Notes under the pieces: model-generated | Told to the model about the DNA's origin: nothing | What the model saw: the letters and a program-made list of their open reading frames with translations, nothing else | Databases searched by the model: none | Made by a program: the position numbers and the translations under genes | Shown: in pieces, positions 36,425 through 49,379 of the stretch | Position numbering within the stretch: the stretch's first letter is position 1 | Layout: each line of letters begins with the position of its first letter | Assembly: GCA_038087875.1 (NCBI GenBank) | Contig: CM075977.1 | Coordinates: forward strand, 1,116,001-1,180,000 | Direction: 5' to 3' | DNA length: 64,000 nt | Origin: Malacoraja senta | Lineage: Eukaryota

Positions 36425-39198
36425 GTTGGAGTGCAGGAGGATGAGGCGTGATCCTATAGAGGTGAATAAAATAGTAAGATTAAACGAGAACTTACCAGTT
36501 TGAAGTTTGATCTTTATTTTATGAGGAGTTACGATGAGCGATTACGTGAAGAAGGCCTGGTAAGTTCTCGTTTAATCTTACTATTTTACTTCGGAGTCAC
36601 GTGAGTCATGCCGGATACGGGTCCAAGCGTCACACACTGCATCAATTGACCATGGATGAATGAAAAAGATTAATGCATTCAGACATGACATAGTTTGTTA
36701 AAAATGCTGATGCTTTAATCATCAAAGGAAAATAATAGTGACCCCTCCCATCCTGGGGGGAAACTATGAAACAGATCATAAATGGAAATTGGCAAATACC
36801 CCCGGTCTGGCAATGGGTTATTATAAAATGTTGGAAAGTTCGTTCGTTTGACCTTCCTGCAGCCACTAGGATGTGGTCCAGTGGAACGTACATAACCCTT
36901 GCTGCTGATGTTGTAGCAGCCCTAATGGAGTGAGATTTGAAAATATTAGTATCTACTCCTGCATAAGCCAAAACCCGTTTTGATCACCCGGAGATGGTCT
37001 GGATTGATACCTTTTATGAGGTTTTTAGTAACTAACAAACATTGCTAGTGCAGAGCCTCTAAGGCTCTTGGTGACCTTGGCGTATTGTTGTAAATGTGTG
37101 ACCACACACAACCAAAGGTCCATGGGGTATGCCATGAAAACTTGTTTGGGACCTGACGCCCCTGGTCTGCTCTGCTTAACTACATCATAAACATAAAATA
37201 TTATATTATTAGCAGATGTAACCATCCTGTCCAGTCGCAATTTAAGTAGTGGCTGGACCCGTTGCGCTGAGACTAGCGCCATGAGCATAACCACTTTGTA
37301 AGTGAGTTTAACCAGGGATAGAGATGTAGCTGGGCCCCAACGGCGAAGCAGTTTTGGCACAATGCTAACATCCCATATCTCCGAGTACCTGGGCCTGGGA
37401 GAATTTGCGTTAAAGATATCCTTTATAAATCTGGATATCAGAGGGTGAGACCCGACAGAGTGGGTCCCGATTGCTGCAGCAAATATGATGAGAAGGCACG
37501 TTGGCTGAGTTAATGGTACTATAACTTAATTAATTGTCAAAGACCCATCTGAAAATGAACTCCGAGACGTTAGTTATCCGTGACGTATTATATGTAACAT
37601 TGGCATTTAAACAAAACACTTCCCATCTCCTGATGAGGAAAATGTACTGCTTTTTCGTTGCTATCCCTGCAGTCTGCAGTGAGCACGTACATAGATCGGA
37701 CTGGCAACCCGAGCCGCCGGAACGGTCTTCTCAGAGTCTGCAAGTCTATAAATTGATTTTATCATGCAGAGGATGGTTTCCCGAGTCACGGGGTGAACCA
37801 GCAAATTTTTGTGTTGAGGATAACCATATAAGGTCCTATTATCATTCCCAACATTAGCGGGAACCATGGCTGCATAGGCCAGTCAGGCAGTACGAAATGC
37901 CTGAGGCGAGATCTTGCTGGATTTTGTGCAAGCCCGACTGATGAGGCAAAATGGAGGAAAGACATAAAGAACATTCCTCCTCATTGTAGCAAGAATGCAT
38001 CTATTGCCACTGTGCCACATATTTTTGCAATGGTAATTGAGCCTGGATGCAAACATATTGATATTCGGTGTTCCATCGAACCACAATATCATTAAATACT
38101 TTGTGATACAACATCCATTCTGTGTTGTCATAGATTTTACGTGATGATACACCAGCGCCAAATGAGGTTAGGTAAATTATCACAGGATATTTAACTTGAC
38201 TGCACCCATGTGATTAACATATGCCACCACCATAGGGTATCAACTTGGAGTTGAGCATGCAGATTATGTATATTCGCACAATAAACTTAACCCATGGAAT
38301 ACACCTAGTGTTTATAGGTAGTTGATACCATATAACTGAAGAATAGGTAACTCATGCAAATCCCATCCGCCTCCATAACTAGAGATGGTATTCGTAATTT
38401 CTCATCTTTGAGCACTAGCATCAGTTTGTAATATAACTGAAGAGTTACTGAGCAAAAGTTACAGGAGCAATGTTGAATACTGTTCGTCTACCATTGTGAC
38501 TTTGATAGCTTCAGCTGGTAATAGCATAGGTCTGTTAATAATGACCTACATGGCACTAAAGAGGTTACTCCTTTGCACATTGTAAGTTCCGATAATGCAA
38601 AGGGCCAAATGCACAGCTGAAAACACAGCCACCATATTGCCAATTACACTTGATGAATAGAGGCTGCTTCATAACAACAAGGTTGTTACAGGCTTTTATT
38701 AATTCCAATCTCTTGCCCCAGGGCGGAGTCTCAGACAAATTAATAGTTAAAGGTATCCCAAGAATCAATAACTCTAGTTGGTATCAACTTAAATTTAACT
38801 GGATGGATGAGAAACCCCAATTTCTCGAATATAGTGTGCGGCTGAAACAGTTAATTTTAGCAAAATACAGCTATTAGAATGTCATGCAGTTGGCCATAAC
38901 AAGTTTTTTTGGGCTCTGAGCAGCCCAAGCACCGGTTTTAGTAATTTGGTAAATAGCCTGGGAACTGAAGTTAGCATATTTTGCAATGCTTTAACTGTTA
39001 TCATTGCCCCATCCAGCTAAATTTCAAATATCTCCGGTGATATAGACCCCTATAGAAATCAGTTGATAAAGACCCCTATAGAAATCAGTTGTTAGGCAGT
39101 AACGAAGTTTGCTATGCTGAAATGTCTATACTGCACATGTGAGTTAAATCAAGGATGAACCGACATCCTGCACCTTACACAATGATCAGGCCATGCCT

Positions 39199-39460
39199 GC
39201 CATAGTTCCGAGCCTGCCTTGAAAAAACACTCTGGTCATAATTCCGAGCCTGTGTCGAAAGGCAATCCTGGCCATAATACTGAGTCTGCCTTAAAAGACA
39301 ACTCTGGCCATAATACTGAGTCTGCCTTAAAAGACAACTCTGGCCATAATTCTGTGCCTGCCCATATTTCCGAGCCTGTCTCAAAAGGCAAACCTGGCCA
39401 TAATATTGAGCCTGCTTCGAAAGACAACTCTGGCTACAATTCCAAGCCTGCTTGGAATCC
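39199..39460. repeat. 36-nt tandem array (about 7 units) inside DIRS copy A
   Basis: Unit approximately gccataatactgagtctgccttaaaagacaactctg. Confidence 0.9.
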
Positions 39461-40759
39461 TTGTATACTGTGCAGTATAAACTAATCACATTGTCATTTA
39501 CAAAAAACAAGTGTAAATATTACCAACTTGTAAATGGTCCACATACCCCATGTTTCGGTAAGAACCAGACCCACCTACCTTCATGGTTACCGGTGGTCTT
39601 ATGGTAAGCCCAAAGGCCCCTGATGCAGGTTCTATTTCCGTCCTTGATTGGAGAGTAGGACTGGTAGGGTACGTGAATTCCATATTTTTCCTGAGACCTG
39701 CTTGGGCCTTGGCCTGAAAGACCTCTGCCCAGCTTACAGGCTGCCACCAGCTTCAGTGAACCGCTTACTGCCGATGGAGGCGTGGGATGTGTTGTCGCCG
39801 AAACGATGAAGCTGTACTCGTCGTTGGTACCTTGATTAGTTCGACAGATTTTGGTTCCTCATCCAGGTCTTACCTGTTGGATAGGGTTACCTGAGGAGAA
39901 GATTCGGCAGCTAGTTTCATTTCCTGGGTTTTCATGTCCCTCCAATGTCACCCCTGATAGCGTTGCTCACTGCCGGCACTTTCAGGAACAATTTACAGGT
40001 GCATGGTATCTTACAGCCGTCACCTGTTCCTGTTGTGACGTGACGTGAGGTTTTTCTGCCAACGGCTGGAACCAACTATTCCTGCAGCAACTCCTTCGTT
40101 TGCGAGGATGTCGCAACCCTGGATGCCATGACAGACATTTCTTGTACCTCACACATGTACTCCAGTATGTTCCACGGACATACTTCAGAGTTTGGAGTCA
40201 GTTACACACTGACCCCTCGCATTCCTCTCCATAGTTAGGGCGATTAGTAATCAGCCCTGAAACAGGTGCTGCCGCAGGCCCCCGAGGAGACCTGCGCTAA
40301 TATGGCCCCTCCAACCACATCCTCGTGCCTCGTGGTATGCTCCCCGGCTATACCTCCGAACTCTGAGTCAGACAAAACTGACCCCGAATGCTCCCCTCCT
40401 CAGAGAGGGAGACAATGTGCAGCCCTGTAACAGGTGCCGCTGCCGCGGGCCCACGAGGAGATCCGCGGTGATATAACTCCCTCCTTTGGAGCATATCATT
40501 GTGGAGCAACCTCTCCATCAGGTGCTCCATGTGGGTTAGACGTCCGAAGATGCTACCCATAGAAGGAGGGGATCCTCTCCATCAGGAATCTTCCTGGCCC
40601 GACTCGTTTGTGTCAACGGGCCGTACAGACTTTCTTCGTGGCTAACCCTCCAAGCGGGGTTGCCAAGGTGCTACCGGCACCAGTCTGAAGCCGCTTGCTC
40701 CACCGGCAGCGACTCGGAAAGCGAATTCGACCGCCGCCCGCTACCCGCACTTCCGCAGT

Positions 40760-40880
40760 CCGTAGCCGGTTCCCCGCGGTCCGTGGCCGGGATTCCCCGC
40801 GGTCCGTGACCGGGATTCCCTGCGGTCCGTGACTGGGCTTCCCCGCGGTCCATAAAGATTTCCCCGCGGCCCGTCCGGAC
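40760..40880. repeat. Roughly 22-nt GC-rich tandem array in the 5' region of DIRS copy A
   Basis: About 5 units of ttccccgcggtccgtg(g/a)ccggga. Confidence 0.8.
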
Positions 40881-41902
40881 TTCGCCCCGAAATCCAGCAG
40901 GAAAACTCTGTAAGAAGAGATTCCAGAAAGAGAAAACATAACCTGGAATTAAGTTTAAAACTTACCTGCAGATTTAAACTTACCGCTGGAAGGAGCAGCG
41001 CGCCTGCCAGTCAGCTGTTGCGCAATGCGCTAGACGTAATGACGCGCATGCGGGCTGACGGCCTTCTTCACGTAGTCACTCACGTGACTCCGAAGTAAAA
41101 TCATGAGATGAATAGGTAGAGTGAATGCACAGAGTCTTTTACTCAGAGTAGGGGAATCAAGAACCATAGGGTATAGGTTTAAGGTGAGAGGGGAAAAATT
41201 CAATGGGAACCTAAGGAGCAACTTTTTCTCACAGTGGATGGTGGGGAAATGGAATGAGCTGCCAGAGGAGGTAGTTGAGGCAGGTACAATAAATAGTTAA
41301 AAGACATTTGAACAGGTACATGGATAGGAAAGGTTGAAAGGGATATGGGCCATACATGGGCAGGGGAACTAATGCATCTTGATCGGTATGGACAAGTTGG
41401 GCCGAAGGGCTCGTTTCCATGCTGTATGACTCTATGACTCTACTGGTTGCACCAAAGTGTTGCCTTCAACCTCCCATTGTTGAGGAAAACGACTTCCAAA
41501 GTGGTCCTGGAACTTGGGTCCTATAAGCTCAGCTTTACACAGGGCCACCATTGCAGTCGACCACTCCGTTTGGCTAAACAAACTCACCAGGGATCTTTTA
41601 CGTAATGTCTAATCAATTGCTGATGTGATGAACAGACATACCAAGACAGGAAAGCTGTAGTGCACAATGCCTGTGGCATAACGTGTGAAATACAGATTTT
41701 ACTTCGGAGTCACGTAAGTGACTACGTGAAGAGCGCGTCCAGCACGCATGCGCGACATTAGCATTCACGCAGTGCAACAGCGACGAACGGGAGTACAGGC
41801 GCTCCTGCTACAAGTTTAAAAAGCGGACCATCAGGTAAGTTCTTACTCTGAGGTCGTAATAGCAAGCTTGCTTTGCTATGTAATTCCTGGGAAATTCGGA
41901 AA

Positions 41903-43147
41903 ATGAGTAAACCACGGCAAGCAAAGAAAACCGCCCCCCGTTCGACTCCAACAGGACGGGAGTGTCCCATCAGTGGGGGGCGAGAGGCGGCACCTGGACC
42001 GCATATGCTGCGGCACACCCTCATCGAGACCGAGCCGAGCCCAGTTCCGCTAGCGCAGCCTGAGGAGCGGCAACGGGCTGGAGGAAAAGCAAGACAAAAC
42101 ACAGACCGGCCGGTTATGTCTGACTCCGATGAGGAGGGTCCACCTGAGAGCGGCAGAACTAGCCGCCTGAGCCGAATGGAAAGGCTCATGGAGCAACTGC
42201 TCGAGCGTGACTTGCTTCGGGAGCTGGAGCAATCTCGCACAGGGGGATCAGGCACTCCCACAGCAGTGCGTTATAATGCACTGGCCATTGCATCCCCCTC
42301 AGATGAGGGCAGCATTGGCGACCAGGGCTGGGCTGGTCAGGATCAGGGGTCATTGGCTGAAGATGTCGGGAGTACGCTTGGGGTACAGGACCAGGAAGAG
42401 CTGCTGGGTGTGGTGAATCGCTACGTGGTTACACCACGAGCAGGGCGGCCATTGGAGCCAAAACTGGCGGCCAGCAACAACCACCTGTCCCTCAAACCCC
42501 TACAAGATCAGGTACTTAATGAGGCACTAGAAATCTACTCGCCTCCGGAGAACTGCAGTTCGCTTAATGTACCAGCTGTTAACAGCTAAATCTGGGGGTA
42601 TGTTGGACAGAGTATTCGGAGCCAGGAGATAAAATTACAACGCATCCTCAAGCTCCTGATAACAGGGATAACATCCTATGCTCATTCCGTGGATGGGGTG
42701 GATATGACCACAAACCAGCAAGACACTCTGGCCCTGCTGTACGACACCCAATACGAGATCAACAACCTCCGCAAGGAGATAATAAGACCTGCCCTCAATC
42801 CCAGGTATGCAGGACTGTGTAAAACACCGGCCTCAGAGCCACAGATCCTGTTATTCGGGAAGGACTTAACAAAACAGGTAAAAGACCTGGAGGAAGAGGC
42901 CAAAGCATTTGGCCTCATGAGGGCAGGCCCCGGAATAAGCAGACCCACACAACCCAGATGGCAGTACCCCACCGCGTCCACCAGTCGACGACAAACATTC
43001 CGGACTGGTGAAAGCTCGGGGTCCGCATTCTATCCCCGAAAGCCTTTTTTAGGCCAGGGCCCAGAGCGGACCCCATGGAAAATGCGCCACCCCCAACCAA
43101 CAGTACATCCAGTAGTACAACGGCGGATGAAGAAACAGAAGCAATGA
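41903..43147 (+). pseudogene. DIRS gag-like ORF1 (premature stop at about 42587)
   Basis: Same-frame ORFs 41873-42589 and 42689-43147; PPENC..L.VP.VN and LR...IRP.LNP.Y..LC motifs resemble DIRS ORF1. Confidence 0.75.
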
Positions 43148-45063
43148 ACACTCCCATAACTATGGAGGTAGGTGGGTCTGCTTCCTACCAGCATATAAAA
43201 AGTGGGGGGACTGTACTAACAGGGGGCAGATTACACCTGTTCATTGACGCATGGAGGTGTCTCACGAATGATAGTTATATACTTAACAGTATTCGGGGAT
43301 ACAAAATAGAGTTCATTCAAGAAAACATGCCACCAGTTCAGCACGTACCCAAAGGGTCTTTACCCTCTCAGTCAAAGAAAAACTAGAGGCTCAAGCAGAA
43401 CTGGTGAGGTTACTTACAAAGGGTATCATTGAGAAATCCAAACATGAACCTTTGGAATTTGTCTCAAATATATTTACCAAAAGCAAAAAAGATGGTGGAT
43501 GTCGCATCATCATTGACTTAACCTCACTAAATACCTTTGTTAAGTATGTACATTTCAAAATGGAAACATTTGTAACTGCCAAACAACTGATTTCAAAAGG
43601 ATACTTTATGGCAAGCATTGATTTAAAAGATGCCTACTATTCAGTACCCATTCATAAGGGTCATCGCAGATACCTACAATTTACCTGGATGGGGCAACTA
43701 TGGCAGTATAAAGCATTGCCTAATGGGTTAACATCAGCCCCAAGACTATTTACCAAGATATTAAAACCAGCCTTGGCAACATTAAGAAAACAAAGACATA
43801 TGGTCATGGCATATCTTGATGATATACTAATAGTAGGCAAAACCATGGAGTTGGCTAAATCAGCTGTATTAGCTACCAAACAATTGTTTGAAACCCTGGG
43901 TTTTGTCATACATCCAGATAAATCTAAGTTGACGCCATCCACAACTATGGACTATCTGGGATTCACAATTAACTCAGTCCACATGTCTGTAACATTGCCA
44001 AAAGGTAAAGCAGCAGAATTGGCACAGACGTGCAACAATTTAATGGTTAGCAATCGACCAACCATCCGACAAGTGGCAAGAGTAATTGGCAAAATGGTAG
44101 CAGCATTTCCAGCTACACAATTTGGACCCCTGCACTATCAGAACCTACAAAGGGCAAAAGTACAGGCGTTGAAACGACATGCAGGTCACTTTCACCGAAC
44201 CATGAAATTACCCATTGTAGCAATATCAGAGTTACAGTGGTGGATAGAACACATTTGGCATAGTTCCAGCCCTATCATCATCAATAACCCAACATTAATT
44301 ATACAAACAGATGCCAGTGCTCAAGGCTGGGGAGAGACTAATACCATATCCAGCACAGGTGGTAGATGGACTAACCTAGAATCATCTTTACTACAAACAC
44401 TGGGCATAAATTACTTGGAAATGTTGGGTGCGTTTTATGGTTTAAAAGCGTATTCTATCGATATGCACCATTTGCATGTTCGTTTACAAATTGATAATAC
44501 CACGGTGGTGGCCTATATTAACCATATGGGCGGAATAAAATCGATATCATGTGACAATTTGGTCAACCAAATCTGGTAATGGTGTGTCGATAGACATATT
44601 TGGCTATCAGCAACTTACCTACCAGGTAAGCTAAATACAGTGGCAGACACCAGGTCACGCAAATTCAATGATAAACACCGAATGGATGTTACATCCTAGA
44701 GCTTTTGCAAAAATTATAAAGCAATATGGCACACCAGATATCGATCTCTTTGCATCCAGACTAAATCACCAGGTACCAATGTATGTCGCTTGGGAACCAG
44801 ACCCTGAGGCAGCAGCGATAGATGCATTTGCGCTGAACTGGGGAAACTATTTCTTTTATGCTTTTCCCCCCTTCTGCCTCATCAGTAGGGTACTACGCAA
44901 AATACAGATGGACTCTGCTTCAGGTATTTTGATAGTACCCGACTGGCCTACACAGCCATGGTTCCCAGTGGTCCTCGACATGGTCATTGAACCTCCTATG
45001 ACCTTCCCCAGTAGCCCAGACCTATTGACTCACCCTGTATCAGGCATGTCATCCATGCCATGA
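43144..45063 (+). pseudogene. DIRS pol: RT, RNase H and DNA N6-adenine methyltransferase-like domain
   Basis: GGRLHLF..W, IDLKDAYY, LPNGLTSAPRLFTK, YLDD, TDAS..GWG, INYLEM, IDNTT; then DIDLFASRLN...YAFPPF...VPDWPTQPWF. Frameshift at about 43380, stop at 44577, frameshift at about 44670. Confidence 0.92.
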
Positions 45064-45081
45064 CAAAATTAACCTACTGGG

Positions 45082-46068
45082 TTGCAGGTTATGAAAAGAC
45101 CACTGCTGGGCCTGGGGTTGTCTGACAGGACCATCAACACGATGACAGCGTCCCACCGTATGTCCACCAGGAAACAATACCTATCGAGCATCAGGAAGTG
45201 GGAAACATACTGTTCGACTACTGGGACAACGTACTCATCTGCAACCATAACCAATGTACTTGAGTTCCTGGCTGGCCTTCACCATAATGAAGGATTGAGC
45301 TACAGTGCCATCAATACTGCCAGAAGTGCTCTGTCAGCCTATTTAAAATCAATACCAGGACCACAGGCTATAGGGTCTCACCCGCTGGTGATTAAACTCA
45401 TGAGGGGTAAATTCAACTCTAACCCCCCTAGACCTAGATACACCCGAATCTGGGATGTCAGTGTGGTCCTGACATACTTAAGGGGATGGTCACCAGCCAG
45501 GTCCCTCACTCTGGAACAGCTAACCCTGAAAATGGTCATGCTGATGGCACTAGTCTCAGCACAAAGAGTCCAGTCCCTCTACTTACTGTGTCTGGACAAC
45601 ATGGTTATAACACCTGACCGGGTATCATTCACAATTCAGGAGCTGGTAAAGCAGAGCAGGCCAGGAACTTCAGGCCTAGTTATGGATTTCCGAGCATACC
45701 CACCTGACCGGCGGTTGTGTGTCATGACTCACCTACTGACTTACATCGACACAACAAGCGATTCCCGAGGAGAGAAAAAGCCTTATGGGTCAGCCACAAA
45801 CAACCACATGGTCGGGTGTCGAGCTAAACCATCTCAAGGTGGCTAAAGCAGGTACTGGGGGCTGGCTGGAGTAGACACTGACGTATATACATCTCACTCC
45901 ACTAGGGCAGCATCCACATCGGCAGCTAAAAGGATGGACGTACCACTGAACCACATCCTGGCTACAGCGGGGTGGTCCACGGAGAAAACGTTCCAAACGT
46001 TCTACAATAAGCCGCTAGCAGAACCTGTGTTATTTGCAGACAAAATTTTAGAATCTGCAAATATATAA
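45082..46068 (+). pseudogene. DIRS tyrosine recombinase (frameshifted)
   Basis: N-terminal YSAINTARSALS segment, SAQRVQ catalytic Arg, SHSTRAAS (H-x-x-R) at about 45895, AGWS..TF..FY. Confidence 0.9.
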
Positions 46069-46675
46069 TTTAAGCCCGGGGGAGCATTTTGTCTTTTGTT
46101 ATTGTTTAATAGATACCATTGTTGTTTACAAACAGATTCATGGTTGATTACGATAACATACTTCCTCCCTTGAATGACTTCGGCAGCGAGTGAAGTATGA
46201 ACTGTTACACGGTTTGAAAATCACAGAGCTTTAAAGTCTTCACGTAGTCACTCACGTGACTCCGAAGTAAAATAGTAAGATTAAACGAGAACTTACCAGT
46301 TTGAAGTTTGATCTGTATTTTATGAGGAGTTACGATGAGGGATTACGTGCCCTCCGCTCCCACCCTCAATTATAGATCAACTGGTATCTTAGTTCTCCTT
46401 TTCTTTACTATGTTTATTTCAATTGTTGTGTTTCTGTGATTCCACACCGCTGCTTTGAAAATGCCGCGCTTGCGTGCTGGATGGGCTCTTCACGTAATCC
46501 CTCATCGTAACTCCTCATAAAATACAGATCAAACTTCAAACTGGTAAGTTCTCGTTTAATCTTACTATTATATAAGTCATACCAAATCTCCCCAGCCATA
46601 TTGTAATATCCGTACTTGACACAAACAATATTCACCATCCCTTTTTTTCATGGAATGGGTATAAAACACAAAGAA

Positions 46676-46860
46676 TTAGACACAAAGTTCTGGAGGAACT
46701 CAGCGGGTCAGGCATCGTCGCTGGAAGCCATGGATGTTTCAGGTCGGTATCATTGCCTGACCTCTGTGTTACTACAGATATGCTGCCTAACCTGTTGAGT
46801 TACTCCAGCGCTCTGTGTCTATCTTTGGTGTAAACCAGCATCTGCAGTTCTTTGTTTTTA
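46676..46860. mobile_element. Palindromic Penelope-derived short element (diverged)
   Basis: Inverted arms; acaaagaat on both flanks. Confidence 0.7.
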
Positions 46861-47120
46861 CAAAGAATGAGATGATTGGTTTGATCAACATAATACAATT
46901 GTTAATAATAAACATAACTGATTGATACTAGCCAGAAGGAGGGGCAGGGAAAGGTCTCGCTAAATTGCCCCGTGCATAGATCAGTGATAGAATCTGGAGG
47001 GGTGGATGGCAAAGTGGGAGAATGAAATCGGTTAGTGTAGGATTAATGCAAAAATGGGTGCTTGATGGTCAGTACAGTCTCAACTGGCTGAATGGCCTTT
47101 TTTATTCTCTAACTCTCTAT

Positions 47121-47259
47121 CTTCTTCTTGCGCATGGCGTGCACAGCCTAAAGTTGTAGGACAACTGTTCTATTTTATCTTATTTGATTGTGCACGCCAG
47201 GTTGATTGCATTCGTTGAAACAGGGTGGACCATGTGAAGGTCGCAACCTCTCACCCCTG
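47121..47259 (-). mobile_element. Roughly 140-bp retroposed fragment with (aag)n tail and 11-bp TSD
   Basis: taactctctat at 47110-47120 and 47260-47270, within a SINE/CR1 tail. Confidence 0.6.
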
Positions 47260-48759
47260 TAACTCTCTATGACTCCATGGCATTGCAAGAAACTCCCCTA
47301 TCCTTCAAATAGGGTCGTCATTTACTATAGCGACTCCACCAGGCAGCTGGGCATCTAATTGGAAAGATGGCATCTCCTCTCAGAATCAGGCAGACTCTGG
47401 ATAAAGTACTCAGGTCTCTGAATGGGACAGAGGGGCAGCACACATTTAGCCTGCAGCAGGCAAGGTTGAAGACATTTTGTAGATTTGGGGCGGGGGGGCG
47501 GGGGGGGGGGGGGGATTTGAAGAGGAGTGCAAGTCAGTAGGATTGCAGCAAGGAACATTGGATAGAATGCCCAAATGGGAATCCTGGCTAATTTCAGGCC
47601 CTGCAGTGCTGTTGATGAGAGCCAGGAACAGGCCCCCACTGCTGTTCTGGCTGTTAAATGAACCAACTCAGTGCTCACTAGGAACTGGGTTGGAGCCCTC
47701 CCATCTTTATCCCATGGCCCTCTGCCACAATGTGAGATGGAGTCAATCATTTGACACATTATATCACAGCTTACATGGTTGCAATTTTCAAATCTGATTA
47801 TTTAAAATGCTTAACAGATCTTGTTTCAGCCCCGTAACCAACTAGAGTCAACGCACCAGCACTTGCCTCCCACGTTGTGTGCTAGGATTTAATTAATTCC
47901 ACCACATAAACTCAGTGGCAAATGGACTAAGAAACACAAACAATTTAATACGTCATTGGCTCCAGAGGTGCCTGGTCAAGATGTCATTTCCATTTAATAA
48001 TGAATAGATGTACACTGCCAATGAGCTGCAAGTCTGATTTAAAACATTTTTTCTAAGCAAATTCCCTGAGTTTGCATTTTATTTACGTGGTATTAGCTTT
48101 TGCTGGCACCATATACTGAACCGACATTGGTGAAGACATTCTCTTAGTTTTATCCTGATAAATGTGAAGGTGGCATTGCGGCTAAATGATTGGATTTGTC
48201 ATCTAGAGCCTTGGACTAAGGTGCCATTGATGTCAGTGTTGACTCCTGACAGCCCTGTGGTGCCCACTGTAGGTAGTCCAAGTGCAACAGGCTCTTCCAA
48301 GCATTGGAGTGATACTTGTATCATCAACACTGTATCCTCGAATCACTGGAGTGATACCAGCAATTTGCATCCTCAAAAGATTGAAAAGAGACATGAATCT
48401 TTGTATCTGCAAAGGAATGGAGAGATATCATCAACACTGTTTTCTCAAACCCCTGGAGTGTCAAAGGAACGGAAAGGTACCACCAACACCCACAATTTCT
48501 TCTAGAACCACAGGCAAGATAAGCAAGCCAACGTCCTTGACTTCTCCCAGACCAACTTCCGTAATTACTCTTAGTTGTCCCCGTTGTGCAGGCCATATCA
48601 TTCGCTTGTACAACTCTGAATTCCTGAAGCAGTCACAGTTACAAATTTGTCCCAGATAGCGATTGTCAAATTTGACATTTAGGTCAGCTTGTTTTTTGCA
48701 CAAGCCACCACCCTAACCGACTAACACCACCCTATCTTAAACATCATGCCTTTGTAAAA

Positions 48760-48940
48760 GGCACAAAATGCTGGAGTAACTCATCGGGACAGGCAGCATC
48801 TCTGGAGAGAAGGAATAGGAATGGGTGACGTTTCGGTTCGAGACCCTTTTTCAGAGACTGATGCTGCCTGTACCGTTGAGTTACTCCAGTATTTTGTGTC
48901 TATCTTCGGTGTAAACCAGCATCTGCAGTTCCTTCCTACA
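48760..48940. mobile_element. Palindromic Penelope-derived short element
   Basis: Inverted arms; flanks catgcctttgt / catgcccttgt. Confidence 0.8.
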
Positions 48941-49379
48941 CATGCCCTTGTGAGCCTTGGTTGAAGTAACTGAGGATGTCCAACAAGCCCTTCTTAAGAA
49001 AAATGTGGGTTCAGTGAGGCTGCAGAGACCAAGATTTAGTGAACTCACTCATCCTAAGTGGCAGGAGATGTGAGGGAGCAGTTCGTAACGGATGCGGGAT
49101 CCCATGCTTCACAAGTGCAGGCATGGGCTAAACATGCAGGGACGTAATGTTAAAGTTTTATCAAACATTTATCAACTGGGGCCTTATATGTAATTCAGAA
49201 GGGATATAAAAGTCCCGGAGAGAATGCAGGGAAGATATGAAAGGTTTCCGAGTTGAGGAATTTCAGCTGTGATTCCCGACTGGACAAACTGGAGTCGTTC
49301 TCCTGGGACACATGAGGTATCCTGGTGATCGGTGCAGGAATGATCTATCTGCTGTAAGCTGTTCAAGTGATTCCAAATC

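Larger units (their letters stand above)
36472..41100 (-). mobile_element. DIRS1-type tyrosine-recombinase retrotransposon, copy A (full length, coding regions decayed)
   Basis: Termini match copy B; ICR remnant 36557-36608; YR remnants (MALVSAQRVQ, SHSIRAA) at 36642-37360; methyltransferase-like remnants (MFASRLN, YVFPPF) at 37786-38183; gag-like MEHLMERLL at 40348-40560. Confidence 0.9.
35875..41440 (+). mobile_element. CR1 3' remnant split by two later insertions (CR1 on - strand and DIRS)
   Basis: CR1 3' coding/UTR sequence at about 35875-36035, 36425-36471 and 41101-41440 is collinear; (ctatgact)n tail at about 41425. Confidence 0.7.
41697..46567 (+). mobile_element. DIRS1-type tyrosine-recombinase retrotransposon, copy B (full length, lightly mutated)
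   Basis: Left end ttttacttcggagtcacgt; ICR 46237-46349 is the reverse complement of the left end joined to the reverse complement of the right end (46491-46567); gag, RT/RH, MT and YR in order. Confidence 0.95.

Noticed and set aside
39199-39460. 36-nt repeats as a CRISPR array
   Set aside because: Units are contiguous with no unique spacers, there are no cas genes, and the array lies inside a eukaryotic retrotransposon.
41873-46068. RT + methyltransferase + integrase cluster as a prophage, retron or bacterial defence system
   Set aside because: The domain order and ITR/ICR structure are fully explained by a DIRS1-type retrotransposon.
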